This document shows positions 58,321 to 64,000 of a stretch of DNA of 64,000 nt, in pieces (position 1 is the first letter of the stretch; every line of letters starts with the position of its first letter). The translations under genes were made by a program, and so were the position numbers. Below the pieces are notes generated by a model. That model was not told the DNA's origin. It made no database searches and was given only the letters and a program-made list of their open reading frames with translations. The DNA is from Piromyces finnis finn (Eukaryota > Fungi > Neocallimastigomycota): NCBI GenBank assembly GCA_002104945.1, contig MCFH01000006.1:558001-622000 (forward strand). The letters run 5' to 3'.

Positions 58321-60158
58321 ATGACCGAGTAAGTTATTAAAATCAAATTTTTTTTTTCTTTTTATTTTTTTCTATATACACTTTTTTTATTTGTTCATGT
58401 TATATAATTTTATATAATACTGTATATGATAAACTTTTTTTATTTGTTCATGTTATATAATTTTATATAATACTGTATATGATAAACTTTTTTTTAAAAG
58501 TATTTGAAGATCATAAGAATTGATTAAATATACTAAATAACAAAAATAAACTATTTTTTTCATTATATATATATATATACATTTTTTTTATTTGTTTTTC
58601 GTATATATGCATTATACGTATATACATATATATTCATATATATTCATTTTTCCTATATTTATAATTAAAAAAAAAAAAAAAAGTATTCTTCATCAAGAAT
58701 TTGGAAAGTTATCAAATCATGAAGATTCAAATGATATAAAATTAATTAGAGTATATTTTCCTGATCAGAGTACAACCGTATTACAAATTAATGGAAATGA
58801 ATCATGTTGGGATATTTTATGTAAAATATGTGAAAAGAAATCATTAAAACCTGGAATGTGCTCGTTATCAACAAATAATCCAGAAGAAGTTCGTTCACAT
58901 CATAGTGATAATAGTAGTAATAATAGTTCAGGAAAATCTTCTAATTCAACAGAACATTTAATTTTAATGAATGTGGAAAAACCTTTCTTTTTTTATAATT
59001 GTAATACTGTATATTTAATTGAAAATAGTGAAGAAGAAGAATTTCGTAGTAGAACGTCTTCAAGAAAAAGTTCTACAATGATTACCCCGGGTTCAAGAAA
59101 AACTACTATTCGTTTAGATTCTCAAAGTTTCCCTAAAACAATTGAAGTAGTAGAACCACCAGAAGGTGATAGTTTTTCATTGAATTCCGATAAATCTAAA
59201 TTTGACTTTTCGTTAAAACGTGGATCTAGAATGTTTGGATTTTTCTTAAAAGGTCATAGGAAAAACAACTCAGATTCATCTACAAATATTTGTGCATCTC
59301 CATCTCAAAGTGCGAATGTTTCACGTCAACAATCTGGAATAAATGATATTGAAAATGATTTTAATAAAAATCAAAATCTTAATGTTACAAAAAATGGTCC
59401 ATTAGATGGAGATTTATTACTTAAACAAATAAGTAATAATCTTGATAAACGTGATATTTTAAAAAGATCCCTTAGTGATTTAGGATCTTGTATATTGGAA
59501 GAATCAAATGAGGAAATTCTTTCAGAATCTAAAGAAGATGAAAAGAAAATAATAATGAACCATTCAAATGAAACAGTAAATAAAAATCCTGCTTTAAGCG
59601 ATGATAATAAATTACCTTCTATTTCTTTAAACTTTTCTGCTGAAGTTGATCCTTTAATTAATAATGTCAAATCACTTATATCTAATCCTCCTTTATTAAC
59701 AATTCCATCAAATACAGATAATGCATCAAAAGAAAATGAAGATAGTATTGGTGAACTCCAACCCACATCAACTAAACCAAAAGGAAGGTAAGTTTCATGA
59801 AAAAATTTTATTTCATTTATTTATTTTTTTTTTTTAATTATTAAAAGTTTTTATTGTATTTTTATTGTAATAATTTAAATGTCATTTTAAAAATAAATTT
59901 ATTTTATTATTTAATAAATTAAATAATCCCAATTTTTTTTTTTAAAAAAAAAAAACATAACAATAATATTAATTATATATAATATATATAATTTTAAAAT
60001 ATAATGTAGAAGAAGAGCTTGTACTGTATCTATTAGTACTGCGGGTCGTTTAGTTACATCCACTTTGAAAAGTTCAAAAGTAACGCCAAGAAGACCAATT
60101 TCAGGTAAAAAATTAATTAATATATATTTATAAATAAACAAATAAATAAATCAAAAAT

Positions 60159-60201
<43 letters not shown>

Positions 60202-62105
60202 AAAAGAAATAGGAATGATTACTTTATTTTTTTTGTATATAGATAATATTTCTCTAATAATATTATTTCTTTAATATTATTTTTTAATAAATTTAATGGA
60301 ATATTTAGGCTTTTTCGATGGTGTAGTACTAGAATCCGTTTCAGATATTGACAAAATAGCAATAAAAGTTACATTACCTGATAAAACGGTTGTTAATGAA
60401 AAATTCGTTTTAGAATGTACAATTGATGATTGTTTTGATTCAATATGTGAACGTCATAAAATTGAGTCTATTAATCATGGAATTGTTCTTACACAACAAC
60501 CAGATTATAATGTAGAATATGATAGAACTTTAAGTTATTATAAAGAATTAAATATTCCTATCCATGATATATCCATTATTCCTCAAAGTACTAGTAAACA
60601 TTATAGTACAATGACTATATGTGAAAATGATATTGATGTTATGGTTTTACAAATGAGTAAAGAAGGGTAAAGATTTAAAAAAATTTTTTTTTTTTTACAT
60701 ATATCTTATTGATTAATAAAATTTTAAAAAATATTAGTTTTATTCATTATTCTTCCATTTATTAATTTATATATTATGTTTTTTTTTGCTTTCTTTTTTT
60801 CTTTTACAAATAAATTAATAGATTACAAGTTATGGCAGGAACTGTTCCAAAATTGATTGAACATCTTACAGATAATTCGGAAAGTAATACAGACTTTTTA
60901 GATACATTACTTTTAACTTATCGGTCGTTTATTAGTCCTACAGAATTATTTAATGAACTTGTTGCAAGATTTAATTGTGTACCTCCTGAAAATCCAACAG
61001 AAGAAGAACTTTTGTATTACGATAAGAATTTACTTCCAGTACAGCAAAGGTATATCTTTTAAAAATAAATAAATAAAAAAAAATTATTAAAATTATAAAT
61101 TAAAATAATTTAATGAATAATAATTAATAATTAATTTTAATATAAACATTAAATTAATGAATATATGTTTTACCTCCCCCCAATAGAGTAATTAAAACAT
61201 TAAGATGGTGGGTACATTATCATTGGCAAGATTATTCCTTTAGTTTTAGATTATCAGAGAATTTAAAAGACTTCTTAAAGCAATTACATGAATATTCTGT
61301 AGAAAACAAAACAGACGTATTTAAAGAAGATATAGATGATATTACTAATATTATTAATACTGAAGTAATATAATAAATTTTAATTTTAATTTATTTTAAT
61401 TTTATTTTATTCTATTTAAAATGTTGAATACTTATTTTAATTTTATTTTATTCTATTTAAATGTTGAATAATAAATATTAATATTCATTTTTATATATTA
61501 TTATTTATTATTGTTAAGTTAAAAGCCTATGAAGAAAAGTGGGAGCATCACAAAACATTATATAAATCAAAAGGAAAAGTTCTTATAGATTCTGTTTTAC
61601 ATAAATTTAATGAACAAGACATTGCAGCACAATTATGTCTTCATGATTTTGAACTTTTTAAAGGTATACACCAAATAGAATATCTTAATGCTATATGGAA
61701 AGCAAAAAAATCTGAAGATGATGATGAAGAAGATAACACTCCAAATTTAGATTTCTTTATTTCAAGATTTGATAAGGTTCTTATTTTGTTTTATAATATT
61801 AAAAAAAATATTTAAAAAACTTATAAAAAAAAACTTTTTTTTTATTATTTTTTAAAAGATTTGATTAGAATTTTTTTTTACAGAAATTATATTAAAATAA
61901 AATATTTAATCTTTTTTTTTATAATAAAAAGGAAAGTTATTGGGCTGCTACTGAAATATGTTGTATACCCGAACTTAAGAAAAGAATTCAAATGTTAAAG
62001 AAATGGATTTTAATAGCAAATGTAATTATTTTTTTTTTATAAATATACAATAACACCAACAAAAAACAACAATAATAAACATAATAATAATAATAAACAT
62101 AATAA

Positions 62106-62201
<96 letters not shown>

Positions 62202-62210
62202 TAATAATAA

Positions 62211-62278
<68 letters not shown>

Positions 62279-62945
62279 TAGGAATGTATTAAAAGAAACA
62301 ACTTCTTCAGTTTCTTTTCAATTGTTGCCGGTCTTAACTTAACACCAGTTTCAAGATTAAAAAAGACATGGGATGTAAGATACAAAAAAATATATATATA
62401 ATAAAATACATGTATAAAAAATCTCAAATTTATGATAATAATTATTTATTATTAGGGTTTATCTGAAAAATACACTAAATTATGGAATGAGCTTGAAAAA
62501 ATATGTGATCCATCAAGAAATATGAAGAATTACAGAGATTTATTATTAAAATCTACACCACCGATTGTTCCATTTTTACGTAAATTTTCTTTAATAATAA
62601 TATTTATATATATTATTATTTAAATAATTTTGTTTAATAATAAATAATAAAAAAACAACCTTTTATTATATTGATATATACATACATAAAATAGCAATAT
62701 ATTTAAAAGATCTAACATTTATGAATGATGGTAATGAAGCTAAAATTAATGGAATGATTAACTTTGATAAATTACGTATGATGGCAAAAAGAGTAAAAGA
62801 TATATCAAAATTGGTTAATTATTCATATACCAATATAAATATTGATAATACATTACAGAATTATATATCTCATCCAATGACAAAGGATTTGAAAGATTTG
62901 AAAAATTTAAGTTTAACTATAGAACCAAAAGAAACCAAAAAATAA
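58321..62945 (+). CDS. RasGEF (REM and CDC25 domains) with two N-terminal ubiquitin-like/RBD-like segments, multi-exon
   Basis: Probable exon 1 ATGACCGA|gtaagt (58321-58328) joins aag|T ATT CTT at 58684. REM: AGTVPKLIEHL...FLDTLLLTYRSF. CDC25 motifs: IAAQLCLHDFELF, NNFFSFFSIVAGL..PVSRLKKTW, DPSRNMKNYR, PIVPFL, YLKDLTF and INFDKLR. Stop at 62945. Confidence 0.9.
58380..58495. repeat. Perfect tandem duplication, period 53 bp
   Basis: ctttttttatttgttcatgttatataattttatataatactgtatatgataaa starts at 58381 and at 58434. Confidence 0.92.
62080..62278. repeat. Intronic (AAT)n microsatellite in the RasGEF gene
   Basis: About 200 nt of AAT-based repeat inside an intron. Confidence 0.93.
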
Positions 62946-64000
62946 TTAAGAATATACGCTATTGATTATATATTATGTATTCTATATATAATTTAATATA
63001 TTTTTTTTTTTCCCGTTTTTTAGTTACAACAAAAACAAACAAACAAATAAACAAACAAAAAAAAAAGAAAGAAAAATAAAACATAAAAGATATCATAATA
63101 TACATATATACTGTTTAAAAAGAATTAAAGTTGAATAAAATATAATAGTATTATTTTTAATAAAAGTTAATTGTTAAAGAAAAAATAATTCTTTTAATAA
63201 AAGATTATTTAATAAGAGAGTTTTTGCTATTTTTTATTTCTTTATATTTAATAATGTGAAATATTAAATATAATGAAAGTAATATCTATTATATATTAGT
63301 TCCCTTTTTTTAATAGTTTTCAAGATTTATAATCTATCCTTTTTTTTTATTATTATTATTTTATTTTAGTTATTTAAAGTATTTCAAATTAATAGATTTC
63401 TCTTTTATTTTAAAATAATATTAAAAAATGTGGATTTTAAATTAATATAGGATAAATTCTATATTAAGATTTTTATACACTAAAATATTTAATTTATTAA
63501 TAATACATTGATATAATAAATTATTAATATATTATGAATAATTTAAAAAATGTTTAGAATTAATATTTAATTATTTAATAGTTTATTTATTTAAATATTT
63601 ATTATTCGTTTATTCAATTAATTATTTTTTCTTTTTTCTTTTTTTTTTTTTTTTTTTTTTTTCTTTTTATATTATAAAGGTATCTAATTTTTCTAATTTT
63701 TTTTATTATTATTTTTATTTTTAGTTTTTATATAATTATTTCTTTTTTAAAAAAAAATTTAAATGAGATGGTTTGAAGTTGATTCATCAGAATTTAACTA
63801 ATAATTTGCCTGTTTTTAAATTAAACTTGATTTACCTAATTCAGTATAACTTTAATTTATTTCCCATGTTCCATGTTGATACTTGAACCATCGTTTATTT
63901 TTCATGCATATTGTTAATGTACTTATAATGTTCACAGAATATGATGAATATAATACAATATTAAATAATATAATATTATATAATATTCATAATAGATAGA

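Noticed and set aside
63840-63980. Short minus-strand reading frame (...MKNKRWFKYQHGTWEIN*) at the right edge
   Set aside because: It is about 40 codons bounded by stops with no recognisable motif, and it cannot be evaluated without sequence beyond the window.

Overview
Extremely AT-rich eukaryotic genomic DNA with short spliceosomal introns and long (AAT)n and homopolymer tracts. The fungal-type genes (Cla4-like PAK, AVT-like transporter, PP6/Sit4) together with a flagellar dynein light chain point to a zoosporic anaerobic gut fungus (Neocallimastigomycota). This assignment is an inference from gene content and composition. Genes reconstructed by hand: the 3' end of an unknown gene, DNAL1/LC1, a Cys-rich type I membrane protein with PY motifs, a large coiled-coil protein, a 7TM receptor, a tandem LRR cluster (one intact gene, one disrupted copy, one relic), the PP6 catalytic subunit, a stand-alone copia-Gag-like ORF with a C-terminal hydrophobic segment, an ankyrin protein, an AVT-type amino acid transporter, a Cla4-type PAK kinase and a RasGEF. 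The strongest unexplained signal lies in the gene-free interval of about 8.8 kb (25.9-34.7 kb). It is a tandem array of four hairpins (32434-32830) with a conserved, CpG-containing base, compensatory stem changes and unrelated variable loops, and is a candidate undescribed structured ncRNA or guide-like array. The second most interesting signal is the apparently domesticated, membrane-anchored Gag. No rRNA, tRNA or true CRISPR array was recognised. All calls were made by eye, without database searches.
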